A DNA stretch of 64,000 nt from a candidate division WOR-3 bacterium. Lineage in GTDB: Bacteria; Hydrothermota; Tepidihabitantia; Tepidihabitantales; Tepidihabitantaceae. Below, piece after piece: positions 49,735 to 58,529 of this stretch. How positions within the stretch are numbered: position 1 is the first letter of the stretch; each line of letters opens with the position of its first letter. The notes under the pieces were generated by a model. The model worked only from the letters and a program-made list of their open reading frames with translations. It searched no databases and had not been told where the DNA came from. The position numbers and the translations under genes were made by a program. The DNA lies in assembly GCA_037441285.1 (NCBI GenBank), contig JBBISL010000005.1, positions 1-64,000 of the forward strand, written 5' to 3'.

Positions 49735-50148
49735 ATGAAGAGATTCTGGGCAGCAGCAGGCGGTCTGATGCTAATCCTTGCCTGTTCAACCACGATTAAC
49801 TCCCTCTGGATTAACCGGGAGACCGAAAGCCGGCGCTGGGTAATCAACAACCCGGTTCTGGCATCAGACATCCGGGTGCTGGATGTAAAAGAAGAGGAGA
49901 GTGGCGGCGCGTTGATTGTCAATGTCCTGTTGAAGAATGGCTGGCATATGCCAATTGGTGGTAAGGTCAAGATGCTTTTTTACGACCAGAATGGCGTGCA
50001 ACTTGATGACCCCTGGGGCTGGCATCAAATCAACCTCGAATCCAATCAGGAGCAGTGGGTGAAGTTCGTGGCACCAAAGCCCGCGGACCAGATTTCCAAG
50101 ATGAAACTGATGATTCGGGGAATCAACCGCTACTCCTCTTCAGGCTAA
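49735..50148 (+). CDS. YcfL/DUF1425-like lipoprotein
   Basis: ATG 49735 follows AGGAGG; lipobox ILAC; FYDQNG......W..I.L........AP. Confidence 0.7.
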   Translation: MKRFWAAAGGLMLILACSTTINSLWINRETESRRWVINNPVLASDIRVLDVKEEESGGALIVNVLLKNGWHMPIGGKVKMLFYDQNGVQLDDPWGWHQINLESNQEQWVKFVAPKPADQISKMKLMIRGINRYSSSG

Positions 50149-50231
50149 GCGAGAACTTTCTTTGACCGGGATGTAATACAAACGCGAGAGCGTTAAAATT
50201 TCTGAATATTAGAGGATGTTAGTTAGGCATT

Positions 50232-51233
50232 TTGATGCTCTTATTTATTGCGCTTATCAGCGGTATTATTGAGTTCCACGGCCAGGCAATTGGGCAAATC
50301 GGCATCAGTGATTCGTTAAGCCATTGCTCCGTAAATATGGAGGGGGAATACCGACCCAGAGTTGAGTATGAATCTGTAACACCAACACGCAGACTTGACT
50401 TTGTGGCATCGGTGCGGGCGGCCATCGGCAGCGTAATTCATTCCAAGAACACCAGTTGCCGTGCGGAGATAGACCTCTATCGGCTGTTTTTAAGTTATGG
50501 CAGTGAGCGTTATGAGGTACGCCTTGGTCTGCAGCAGATTAACTTCGGCTCGGCGATGATTTTACGACCCTTGCGCTGGTTTGACCGAATTGACCCGCGC
50601 GACCCGCTTCAGACTACGGCGGGTGTTTACGGTGTGCTTTACCGGTGCTATTCGGGCAACGACAATGCCTGGTTCTGGGGGCTTATTGGTAATTCAAAAC
50701 CCAAAGGGCTGGAGACAACCCCAACCCCGAAATGGTTTCCTGAGGCGGGTGCCCGGCTGGAAAAGGCTTTGTCGGGCGGTGAGATGGCAGGCAGTTTCCA
50801 TCATCGCTGGACGGTTGTTGAGGGTGATACGGTACTGGAAGACAAGTTTGGTCTTGATGGTCGCTGGGACATAGGTCCTGGTGTCTGGTTTGAAGGGACG
50901 CTGGTGCATACGGGTAAGCGGTGGCAAGGGCAAATAATGGGGGGTGTGGACCATACCTTTGGAATCGGCAACGGGTTGACCGTCCTTCTGGAACATATGA
51001 TAACCAGTAATCATACAAACGGGCAAAATCTCTCAGCGCTGTCTTTAACCTATCCACTCGGGCTCAACGACAACCTGAGTCAGTTGACATTCTTTGACTG
51101 GCAGGAGCACAAGCCCTATATTTATCTGGCTTGGCAGCATACGCTGGATAACTGGCAGTTCCTTATCGCCGGTTATTTCAATGCGGCGGGAAAGACGAGC
51201 GGGATAGTCAGTCGGGTATTTTTTAACCATTGA
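50232..51233 (+). CDS. hypothetical outer-membrane beta-barrel protein
   Basis: LYR.F.......VR.G.Q.I.FG; amphipathic strands; first gene of the ABC operon. Start uncertain. Confidence 0.6.
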   Translation: MMLLFIALISGIIEFHGQAIGQIGISDSLSHCSVNMEGEYRPRVEYESVTPTRRLDFVASVRAAIGSVIHSKNTSCRAEIDLYRLFLSYGSERYEVRLGLQQINFGSAMILRPLRWFDRIDPRDPLQTTAGVYGVLYRCYSGNDNAWFWGLIGNSKPKGLETTPTPKWFPEAGARLEKALSGGEMAGSFHHRWTVVEGDTVLEDKFGLDGRWDIGPGVWFEGTLVHTGKRWQGQIMGGVDHTFGIGNGLTVLLEHMITSNHTNGQNLSALSLTYPLGLNDNLSQLTFFDWQEHKPYIYLAWQHTLDNWQFLIAGYFNAAGKTSGIVSRVFFNH

Positions 51234-51245
51234 CAGGAGTTGAAG

Positions 51246-51947
51246 ATGAATGACCGCCAGGTTATTATCGAGACGATTAATCTAATAAAGCGTTATCCGA
51301 TGGGACGGCAGGAACTGGTGGCACTCAAAGGGGTAAGTTTGAAGTTTTACCGCGGGGAGTTCAGTGGTGTTATCGGTCCTTCAGGTTCGGGCAAGACCAC
51401 CCTGCTTAATATCATTGGAACCCTGGATGCGCCCAGTGCCGGTTCGGTCCTGGTGCTGAATGAGCGGGGGGAATCGCTTTCCCCGCAGCGGGCAGCGGAA
51501 CTGCGCAGCCGGCATATTGGCTTTATCTTTCAGACCTTTAATCTTCTGCCGGTTTATACCGTTTACGAAAATGTTGAGTTCCCGCTTTTGCTCTTAAAAA
51601 TACCGGCAAAAGAGCGAAGCAAAAAGGTGATGGCGGCGCTGGAATGGGTTGGGCTGGCAGACCGCGCAAACTCAAAACCTTCCCAGCTGTCGGGCGGTGA
51701 ATGTCAAAGGGTGGCGATTGCCCGGGCGGTGGTAAAAGAGCCAGCGCTCATCCTTGCCGATGAGCCAACCGCCAACCTTGATGCCGAGAACTCATATCAT
51801 ATTCTCACAACAATGGTAAAACTCAACCGAGAACTGGGTACGACATTTATCTTTTCCACCCACGACGAAAAGGTAATTAAGTTTTTGCGGCGTCGCATTA
51901 AACTGGTTGATGGTGCGGTGGTGGCAGATGAGGAGGTAAAAGGGTGA
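51246..51947 (+). CDS. ABC transporter ATP-binding protein (LolD/MacB type)
   Basis: GPSGSGKTT, LSGGECQRVAIARA, ADEPT, STHD. Start is 51240 or 51246. Confidence 0.95.
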   Translation: MNDRQVIIETINLIKRYPMGRQELVALKGVSLKFYRGEFSGVIGPSGSGKTTLLNIIGTLDAPSAGSVLVLNERGESLSPQRAAELRSRHIGFIFQTFNLLPVYTVYENVEFPLLLLKIPAKERSKKVMAALEWVGLADRANSKPSQLSGGECQRVAIARAVVKEPALILADEPTANLDAENSYHILTTMVKLNRELGTTFIFSTHDEKVIKFLRRRIKLVDGAVVADEEVKG

Positions 51948-53113
51948 GTGCGATTAAACTGGCGTTGCGCAACCTGCGCGGAGCAGGGATTAGAACCTGG
52001 CTCAATGGTTTTGCCCTGTCCCTGGCGTTTGTTGCGATTATCTTTGGTCAGGGGCTATTAGCAGGGGTAAACCGTCAGGCAGAAAGGTCATCAATAGATT
52101 TTGAGTTCGGGGGCGGACAGTTTTGGTGTGAAGGTTTTGACCCCTATGACCCGTTGACATTGGAGCAGTCACACCGGGTGCTACCAGATACGCTTGCGCA
52201 ACTGGTAGAATCCGGTCAGGCGGTAGCGATTCTGGTTGTTCCCGGGACGGTTTTTGTTCAGGGAAGGATGGTACCGGTACTGCTCAAGGGGATTTCAACG
52301 CCGCAGACCGTTTTGAAGATTCCGACACAAGTACTGATTGACTCAACCGGTGATTTACCGGTTTTGTTAGGGGCGCAAATGGCAAAGAAGTTGAATGTCA
52401 AGGTGGATGATTACCCGACACTGCAGTGGCGGGACAAAGAGGGCGCATTTGACGCCCGGGAGGTTCGGGTCGCAGGAATAATGCAGACAAGTGTCGGGAC
52501 AATTGACCAGGGTCAGGTGTGGCTGCCCTTAAACCAGCTTGAGAATTTGACCGGGTTGGAAAGGCAGGCAACAGTCGTGGTTCTGAAACCCGGTGTGAAA
52601 GCGCCGCCCGTTGTTGAAGGCTGGGAGTTTCGCACTGCCGAATTTCTTCTTTCTGATTTGCGGCAGATGATAAAGACAAAGACCGTGGGTCAGTCGATTA
52701 TGTTTGTCGTGCTATTTCTTCTGGCACTCTTAGCGATATTTGACACCCAGGTGTTTTCTATTTTCCGCCGGCGCCGGGAGATTGGCACGCTCATCGCGCT
52801 GGGAATGACGCGCGGTGCGGTGATTGCGATGTTCACCTTTGAGGGTGCGATGTACGGGGTGCTGGCAGCGCTGTTGGGTGCGATTTACGGTACGCCGCTG
52901 TTCCTTTATCTAAGTGCCTATGGGCTGGCAATGCCGGGTGGAAATCAGTGGGGGTTTGCGCTTGAAGAGCGAATGTATCCGGCATGGACTGCAGGGTTGA
53001 TTGTCGGCACAACGATACTGGTTCTGATTACCGCAACCGTTGTGTCGTATCTGCCAACCCGGCGCATCTTGAAACTGAAGCCAACCGACGCTCTCCGGGG
53101 AAAATGGGTATGA
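51944..53113 (+). CDS. ABC permease, FtsX/LolC-E family
   Basis: LALRNL..., RRREIGTLIALGM; 1+3 transmembrane layout. Confidence 0.9.
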   Translation: MSAIKLALRNLRGAGIRTWLNGFALSLAFVAIIFGQGLLAGVNRQAERSSIDFEFGGGQFWCEGFDPYDPLTLEQSHRVLPDTLAQLVESGQAVAILVVPGTVFVQGRMVPVLLKGISTPQTVLKIPTQVLIDSTGDLPVLLGAQMAKKLNVKVDDYPTLQWRDKEGAFDAREVRVAGIMQTSVGTIDQGQVWLPLNQLENLTGLERQATVVVLKPGVKAPPVVEGWEFRTAEFLLSDLRQMIKTKTVGQSIMFVVLFLLALLAIFDTQVFSIFRRRREIGTLIALGMTRGAVIAMFTFEGAMYGVLAALLGAIYGTPLFLYLSAYGLAMPGGNQWGFALEERMYPAWTAGLIVGTTILVLITATVVSYLPTRRILKLKPTDALRGKWV

Positions 53114-54381
53114 CCGGTTTCATTATCAAAGGGCTGGTGCGGGATCGCAGTCGCAGCCTTTTCCCATTTCTGACGGTTGCGATTGGTGTTGCGCTGGTGG
53201 TATTTCTGGACGCCTATTTGCGCGGGACAGAGGACAGCGTTTTTGATACCACCGCCCGACTGGTGACGGGTCATTTGATGGTAACGACCCGGGCACAGGC
53301 GCAGGAAGGTGAAGCCGGTTCTCTGGAGACGGCGCTGTTCGGAGTCAAGGGTTTAAAGGCGGAGTTGAAAAGCAGGCATCCGGATATCATCTGGACCGAG
53401 CGCATCCGGTTCAGCGGCATACTTGATGTGCCCGATTCGCTGGGCGTGACCCGGGCACAGGTACCAATTACCGGTTTGGCGGTTGACCTGACACCGGGCT
53501 CGGTTGAGCATCAACTTCTCCAGTTGGAGAAGGCGCTGGTGCGGGGCAGGATTCCGGAAGAGAGCCGCGAGATTTTGCTCAGCGAGGAGTTGTGTCAGCG
53601 GCTGGGAATTTCGCCGGGTGCGCGCCTTACCCTGATATCAATGACCGCAGAAGGCGGTATGGCAATTGCCGACTTCACGCTTGCGGGCACGGTGCGGTTT
53701 GGTGTTACCGCTTTAGACCGCAGTATGGTTATTGGCAAATTAGAAGGGGTGCAGGAGGCGCTCGGGCTGGAAGACGGTGCGAGTGAAATTGTGGGATTTT
53801 TTACGGACGGGGTTTATGACGACCGGCGCGCGGGGCAAATCGCCCGGGAGTACAACGCCGGTTTAAGCAGGATTGAAGACGAGTTTGCACCGATGATGCG
53901 GTCTTTACGGGAGGCAAGCGATTTGGGTTCACTTATTGACATCGTTTCGGGCGCTACCGGCTTAATAACCCTGATATTCATTGTCGCGATGGCGGTGGTA
54001 CTCTGGAATGCGGGATTGATGGGTTCACTCCGGCGTTACGGTGAGATTGGCATCCGGTTGGCGCTCGGTGAGTCCAAACCGGCGCTTTACCTTTCGCTTC
54101 TTGCCGAGGCGTTTTTTATCGGGCTGGTCGGTTCGGTTGCGGGCACGCTGGTCGGACTGGTGCCGGCGTATTATCTACAGAAGGTCGGGCTCAACATCGG
54201 CGGGATGATGAAAAATACCACGGTAGTAATAAGTGAGGTGCTGCGCGCCCGGATTGCACCGGCAAGTTTCTTTGTCGGATTCCTGCCCGGGTTGATGGCG
54301 ACCTTTCTGGGCAGGGCGATTTCCGGGCTGGGAATTTTCCGGCGTTCAACCGCCCGGCTGGCAAAGGAGTTTTCCGAATGA
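53110..54381 (+). CDS. ABC permease, FtsX/LolC-E family
   Basis: ATG 53110 overlaps the previous stop; RRYGEIGIRLALGE. Confidence 0.88.
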   Translation: MTGFIIKGLVRDRSRSLFPFLTVAIGVALVVFLDAYLRGTEDSVFDTTARLVTGHLMVTTRAQAQEGEAGSLETALFGVKGLKAELKSRHPDIIWTERIRFSGILDVPDSLGVTRAQVPITGLAVDLTPGSVEHQLLQLEKALVRGRIPEESREILLSEELCQRLGISPGARLTLISMTAEGGMAIADFTLAGTVRFGVTALDRSMVIGKLEGVQEALGLEDGASEIVGFFTDGVYDDRRAGQIAREYNAGLSRIEDEFAPMMRSLREASDLGSLIDIVSGATGLITLIFIVAMAVVLWNAGLMGSLRRYGEIGIRLALGESKPALYLSLLAEAFFIGLVGSVAGTLVGLVPAYYLQKVGLNIGGMMKNTTVVISEVLRARIAPASFFVGFLPGLMATFLGRAISGLGIFRRSTARLAKEFSE

Positions 54382-55097
54382 GCACAATTCTGGCTCTGCT
54401 ACTGTTTTTTACCGGAGAACTGCCCAATGGTGATACGCTCCTTGTCCGAATTGATGAAAACATCTTTGTTAGGAGCCGGATGGTTGTTGCCAGTATGCGC
54501 ATCACCGGCAGAAGGGGCATGCGGACCGTGCGCATCCGTTCTTATAGCCGGGGTGACAGCGCCTTTGTTGAGTATCTGGCACCGGAACGGGAAAGGGGCA
54601 CCAAGATGCTGAAGTTAGGGCGTGACCTCTGGATTTACACACCAGAATCGGACCGGACAATCCGTATCTCCGGTCATATGTTGCGCCAGTCGGTAGCGGG
54701 TTCGGATTTGTCTTATGAAGATATGATGGAGGAGCCGCGTTTGAGTCAGATTTACAGCGCGGTTACAACGGGCAGCGATTCAATCGATTCCAGACCGGTC
54801 TGGGTCTTAGAACTCAACGCCCGGAAACCGGATGTTGCCTATCCAAAACGAAGAATCTGGGTGGACCGCGAAAGGTTGATTGTGCTCAAAGAGGAACGGT
54901 TTTCCAAGAGTGGTAAGCCGTTAAAAAGAGCCGAGGTGCTTGAAACAAAATGGATTGACAGCCGCTGGCTCGCAACCCGGGTGGTTTTCCGCGACCTGTT
55001 GAAAACCGGAGCCGGCACCGAATTTGTCATTGAAGAGATGCATCAGGACATTTCAATTCCGCCCGCGCTTTTCACTAAGGCGTCATTGCGGCGGTAG
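54378..55097 (+). CDS. LolA-like outer-membrane lipoprotein-sorting protein
   Basis: P..E.GTKML.....LW.Y.P......RISG......GSDLSYED; F....L. Confidence 0.85.
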   Translation: MSTILALLLFFTGELPNGDTLLVRIDENIFVRSRMVVASMRITGRRGMRTVRIRSYSRGDSAFVEYLAPERERGTKMLKLGRDLWIYTPESDRTIRISGHMLRQSVAGSDLSYEDMMEEPRLSQIYSAVTTGSDSIDSRPVWVLELNARKPDVAYPKRRIWVDRERLIVLKEERFSKSGKPLKRAEVLETKWIDSRWLATRVVFRDLLKTGAGTEFVIEEMHQDISIPPALFTKASLRR

Positions 55098-55099
55098 GG

Positions 55100-55822
55100 T
55101 CAGACCGAACGCAGATACCCGGAAAATGATTTCGGATTTTCGACGGTTTTACCCGCTGTTCGGCTGAATGCGCCCGGTCCGAACCCGATAACAGGCTTGT
55201 TGCCGGCTAAGGCGATAAGATGGTGGTTTTCTTTGCCGGGTAAGGCAAAGTGTCCGGGTAAAAACTGGTTATATTCACTGGTTAGTTTTTCGGTCAATTT
55301 GGGTTGGGCTGATTCTGGGTAAAATGTGATATGGTCGGGTTTGAGCGTAAGGATGCGGTTAAAGGCTGTTTCCGGAATTGCGACGGGCAGTTCAAATCCA
55401 ACCGAGAAGAAGCCAGCATCTTGCAGGATGAGGAAGTCGTTTTCGGGCAGGGTTTGGGTATCAGGTTTGAGCCGTAATGTCATCTGGTCAAATCCAGATT
55501 CGCGCAGGACCTTTGCCCGTGCCAAATCCACGGTGTCGGGTAAAACGACGAATGTCTGTTCTTCAGGCTGGATTACAAGGTGGTCGTAAAGCGCCTGTAA
55601 AATCCGGTACAACTGGTCAAGGGTAAGGCAGGATGGTCCACAGCCACCAAAGTAGATGGTGGTAAAGGTGTGTTTGCGCTGGGTTTTGCTCCGGGAGCGA
55701 ATTTCCCGAATAAGGGCGGTGACGAATTTTTCAGCGGTTTCCGGGTTATAAGGCAAGGGCTGGGTGCCAAATCGCCAGTCCGGTTCACTGCCAAACGGAA
55801 CGGTGACGGTGATGCCGGACAA
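55100..55822 (-). CDS. degenerate HemN/HemW-like protein lacking the radical-SAM cysteine motif
   Basis: TIYFGGCGPS, P.HI.FY and IGFGPGAFS are present; CxxxCxxC is absent. Likely TTG start just after the lepB stop. Confidence 0.65.
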   Translation of the reverse strand: MSGITVTVPFGSEPDWRFGTQPLPYNPETAEKFVTALIREIRSRSKTQRKHTFTTIYFGGCGPSCLTLDQLYRILQALYDHLVIQPEEQTFVVLPDTVDLARAKVLRESGFDQMTLRLKPDTQTLPENDFLILQDAGFFSVGFELPVAIPETAFNRILTLKPDHITFYPESAQPKLTEKLTSEYNQFLPGHFALPGKENHHLIALAGNKPVIGFGPGAFSRTAGKTVENPKSFSGYLRSV

Positions 55823-55826
55823 GGGT

Positions 55827-56651
55827 TTAACGGACCAGTCTGCCAATCCGATTGAATCGGATTGCCCAGGGTGAGATGATGATGCGGGCGATGTTGGGTG
55901 CGGCACTGGAGGAGAAGTACAAAACGAGCGGTTTTCCCCGGAGATAACGCAGGGGAAGCGGTCCCCAGAAGCGGGAGTCTTCGGAGTTGTCCCGGTTGTC
56001 ACCCATCGCAAAGATGTGTCCTTCGGGTACAACCACCGGACCAAAGTTGTCCCGAACATAGGGGGAAAGTTCCGAGCGGTAAAAACTACGGTTTTCCCAG
56101 AGGTGCTGGAAGTCGGGTTTCAACTCCTGTGGCAAAGGAGGCAGGGTGTAGTAGAACTTGTGGACCGCGTAGGGCGCAACCACTTTTTTACCGTTGATAA
56201 ACAGTTCTTTGTTGCGTACTTCAACGGTGTCACCGGCAACCGCAACGCACCTTTTGACAAAGTTGCGCGGGGTGTACCAGGTGAAGAAGTTGGTCTGTTT
56301 ATCCCAGAACAAAGGCAGTAGCGGTAACCAGGATGGGAAGATGCGAGCATAGCGGTTGGGGTGCAGGGAGTCAACCGGCATATCCGGGTCAACCGGAAAC
56401 CGGAAGATGACGATGTCCCCGCGCTTCGGGCTGGAAATGGGGATAAGGGTGCGGTCGGTGAAAGGGATTTTGACCCCATAGACGAATTTGTTGACGAGCA
56501 TAAAGTCGCCGACCAAAATGGTGTCTTCCATTGAGCCGGTGGGTACCATAAACGCCTCAACAAGAAAGGAGCGAATGAGAAGGACGGCGATGATAACCGG
56601 GGTCCACTCGCGAAAGAACCGCTTTACACCGCTGCCAAATCCATCAGCCAT
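55827..56651 (-). CDS. lepB: signal peptidase I
   Basis: PTGSME.T (Ser), FVKRC (Lys), GDNRDNS.DSR.WG. Confidence 0.96.
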   Translation of the reverse strand: MADGFGSGVKRFFREWTPVIIAVLLIRSFLVEAFMVPTGSMEDTILVGDFMLVNKFVYGVKIPFTDRTLIPISSPKRGDIVIFRFPVDPDMPVDSLHPNRYARIFPSWLPLLPLFWDKQTNFFTWYTPRNFVKRCVAVAGDTVEVRNKELFINGKKVVAPYAVHKFYYTLPPLPQELKPDFQHLWENRSFYRSELSPYVRDNFGPVVVPEGHIFAMGDNRDNSEDSRFWGPLPLRYLRGKPLVLYFSSSAAPNIARIIISPWAIRFNRIGRLVR

Positions 56652-56659
56652 AACAGGTT

Positions 56660-56753
56660 AGTTTAGAGAAGGGTAAGGTAAAGTCAAGCATCAGGGGAAT
56701 AAGTAATGGTGTTCAACCATCACTGTTGACCCGGAGATGGATAAGGATAGAAT
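56660..56753. promoter_or_regulatory. divergent sigma70 promoters, both apparently leaderless
   Basis: Minus strand: TTGACT (56687-56682), 16 bp, TAAACT, 8 nt to ATG. Plus strand: TTGACC (56726), 16 bp, TAGAAT, 6 nt to GTG. Confidence 0.65.
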
Positions 56754-56759
56754 AAATCT

Positions 56760-57743
56760 GTGAAGGTTAAAGCGGTCTCGTTACTATCAGGCGGGCTGGA
56801 CTCCATCCTTGCCTGCCGGGTGATACTGGACCAAGGGGTTCAGGTTTTTGGCTTAAACTTTGTCAGTCCGTTTTGCACCTGTACGAAAAAGGGGTGTCGG
56901 CATGAGGCGCGCCGCGCTGCGGAGCAACTCGGGATTCCTTTGAAGGTGGTGGCAAAGGGTGAAGAGTACATCCAGATGATAAAGAAGCCCCGGCACGGTT
57001 ACGGCTCGGCAATGAACCCGTGCATCGACTGCCGGATTTTTACCTTTGCGCGGGCAAAGGAGTATATGGAGGAGATTGGCGCCCAGTTTGTGTTCACGGG
57101 TGAGGTTTTAGGCGAAAGGCCTATGTCCCAGCATCTGCAGGCGTTGAAGTTGATTGAACGGGAGTCCGGGCTGCAGGGCAGGGTTTTGCGGCCGCTCTCG
57201 GCAAAACTGCTGGAGCCCACAGTCCCGGAAATTGAAGGTTGGGTTGACCGGCAGAAACTGCTCGCGATTCAGGGACGGTCGCGCAAGCCCCAGATTGCGC
57301 TTGCTGCCCATTACGGTATCAAAGATTATCCCTGTCCTGCGGGTGGTTGCCTTTTAACCGATAAAAACTTTGCCCAGCGGCTGAAAGATGCGTTTGCCCA
57401 TAATGAAGACAGTCTGCGTGATATGAATCTGTTAAAGGTGGGCAGGCACTTCCGGCTGCCTTCCCGCCGAAAGGTGGTTGTGGGCAGAAATGAGATGGAG
57501 AACAGGGTGCTCACCAATCTAATTGATGCCAATGATGTTGTGATTGAGCCGGTTGATGTTGCGGGACCGGTGGTGGTTGTCTGGCAGGGAGGTGATGATA
57601 AAGATGTTGAGGTTGCTGCCCGGCTTTGCGCCCGGTACTCGGACGGCAAAAGCCTGCCCCGCTTAAAGGTGCGGGCTGGTAGACGGGTTTTTGAGGTGGC
57701 ACCGCTTGAAGAGGAAGCGACCCAGGCGTTGCGGGTCGGCTGA
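56760..57743 (+). CDS. PP-loop tRNA thiouridylase-like protein (ThiI/MnmA-related, DUF814-type)
   Basis: SGGLDS, NPCIDCR, TGEVLGERPMSQ, PAGGCLLT, GRHFRL, VGRN..EN. Confidence 0.85.
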   Translation: MKVKAVSLLSGGLDSILACRVILDQGVQVFGLNFVSPFCTCTKKGCRHEARRAAEQLGIPLKVVAKGEEYIQMIKKPRHGYGSAMNPCIDCRIFTFARAKEYMEEIGAQFVFTGEVLGERPMSQHLQALKLIERESGLQGRVLRPLSAKLLEPTVPEIEGWVDRQKLLAIQGRSRKPQIALAAHYGIKDYPCPAGGCLLTDKNFAQRLKDAFAHNEDSLRDMNLLKVGRHFRLPSRRKVVVGRNEMENRVLTNLIDANDVVIEPVDVAGPVVVVWQGGDDKDVEVAARLCARYSDGKSLPRLKVRAGRRVFEVAPLEEEATQALRVG

Positions 57744-57809
57744 TTCAGGCTGCCAATTAAGACATCTGCATATATTGCAAGGGGTTAGAGATTTGGTATA
57801 ATTTATTAG

Positions 57810-58361
57810 ATGAGGGCGGTCCAGTTTAGTGTTGTCAGTTTCCCTAAATTACAACAGGATAAGGAACTTTTGCGATTGCGGGAGCGGTTTGCGCCCGGGA
57901 TATTTCAACTGGAGCCGCACATTCCGGTGGTTTTGCCCTGGGTGCCGGTTGCGTTGGGTGATGTGGTTACAATGGTAAACTGTTTGAGTGAGACCCGAAG
58001 GAAGTTACACCCCATTGCGATTGTGTGCGACAACTGGCACCGCCAGGGTGAACTCCTGCTTGGTGATGTAACCCAGGGACAGGAGGCGGTGCTGGAGTTG
58101 AGAAAAAGTATCACCGGTATCGAGCCGGTCCCTTTAATAAATGATGAAGCGTCCCGGGGTGTGTATCTTGTGGTTTGCCGGGTTCCAGAAGAGGAGAAAT
58201 GGGATTCTCTACTTAAAGAGGTGCAAACTGTGGGCAGAAGTTTAGGGGTGGTTGATTCGGTGGTGCTGCTCCGCACCCTGCCGGACGGTTCGTGGCAGCG
58301 GGTGGCAAACTTTCCTTTTGGTGTCGGCAGGGTCGATTTTTACGAGCAACTGGTGGGATAA
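57810..58361 (+). CDS. degenerate 2H-phosphoesterase / 2'-5' RNA ligase-like protein
   Basis: LR.RF.P......PHIPVV.P resembles the first HxT motif; promoter TTGCAA-16 bp-TATAAT lies 7 nt upstream. Confidence 0.5.
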   Translation: MRAVQFSVVSFPKLQQDKELLRLRERFAPGIFQLEPHIPVVLPWVPVALGDVVTMVNCLSETRRKLHPIAIVCDNWHRQGELLLGDVTQGQEAVLELRKSITGIEPVPLINDEASRGVYLVVCRVPEEEKWDSLLKEVQTVGRSLGVVDSVVLLRTLPDGSWQRVANFPFGVGRVDFYEQLVG

Positions 58362-58465
58362 AGACCAAACTGTTTTGTTCCAGAAAAGCCAATTCTGAAC
58401 ACAAAAGTCCAGCGTCCGTAATTTCCTAACACAACAACTCGTTGACAATTAGTTACTTACAATCT

Positions 58466-58481
58466 TGGCACACCGGTTGTA
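58466..58481 (+). promoter_or_regulatory. candidate sigma54 (-24/-12) promoter
   Basis: TGGCAC-ACCGG-TTGTA against consensus TGGCAC-N5-TTGC(A/T). Confidence 0.5.
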
Positions 58482-58529
58482 ATTATATCGGGTGATGGCA
58501 AGTAGAATTAAAAAAACAGGAGGTCAAAA

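Noticed and set aside
1489..56059. ORF-track N-terminal extensions (1489, 10188, 23221, 36173, 43569, 44481, 47409, 49543, 52984, 56059)
   Set aside because: They overlap promoters or neighbouring genes; downstream starts with an SD, translational coupling or a signal peptide fit better.
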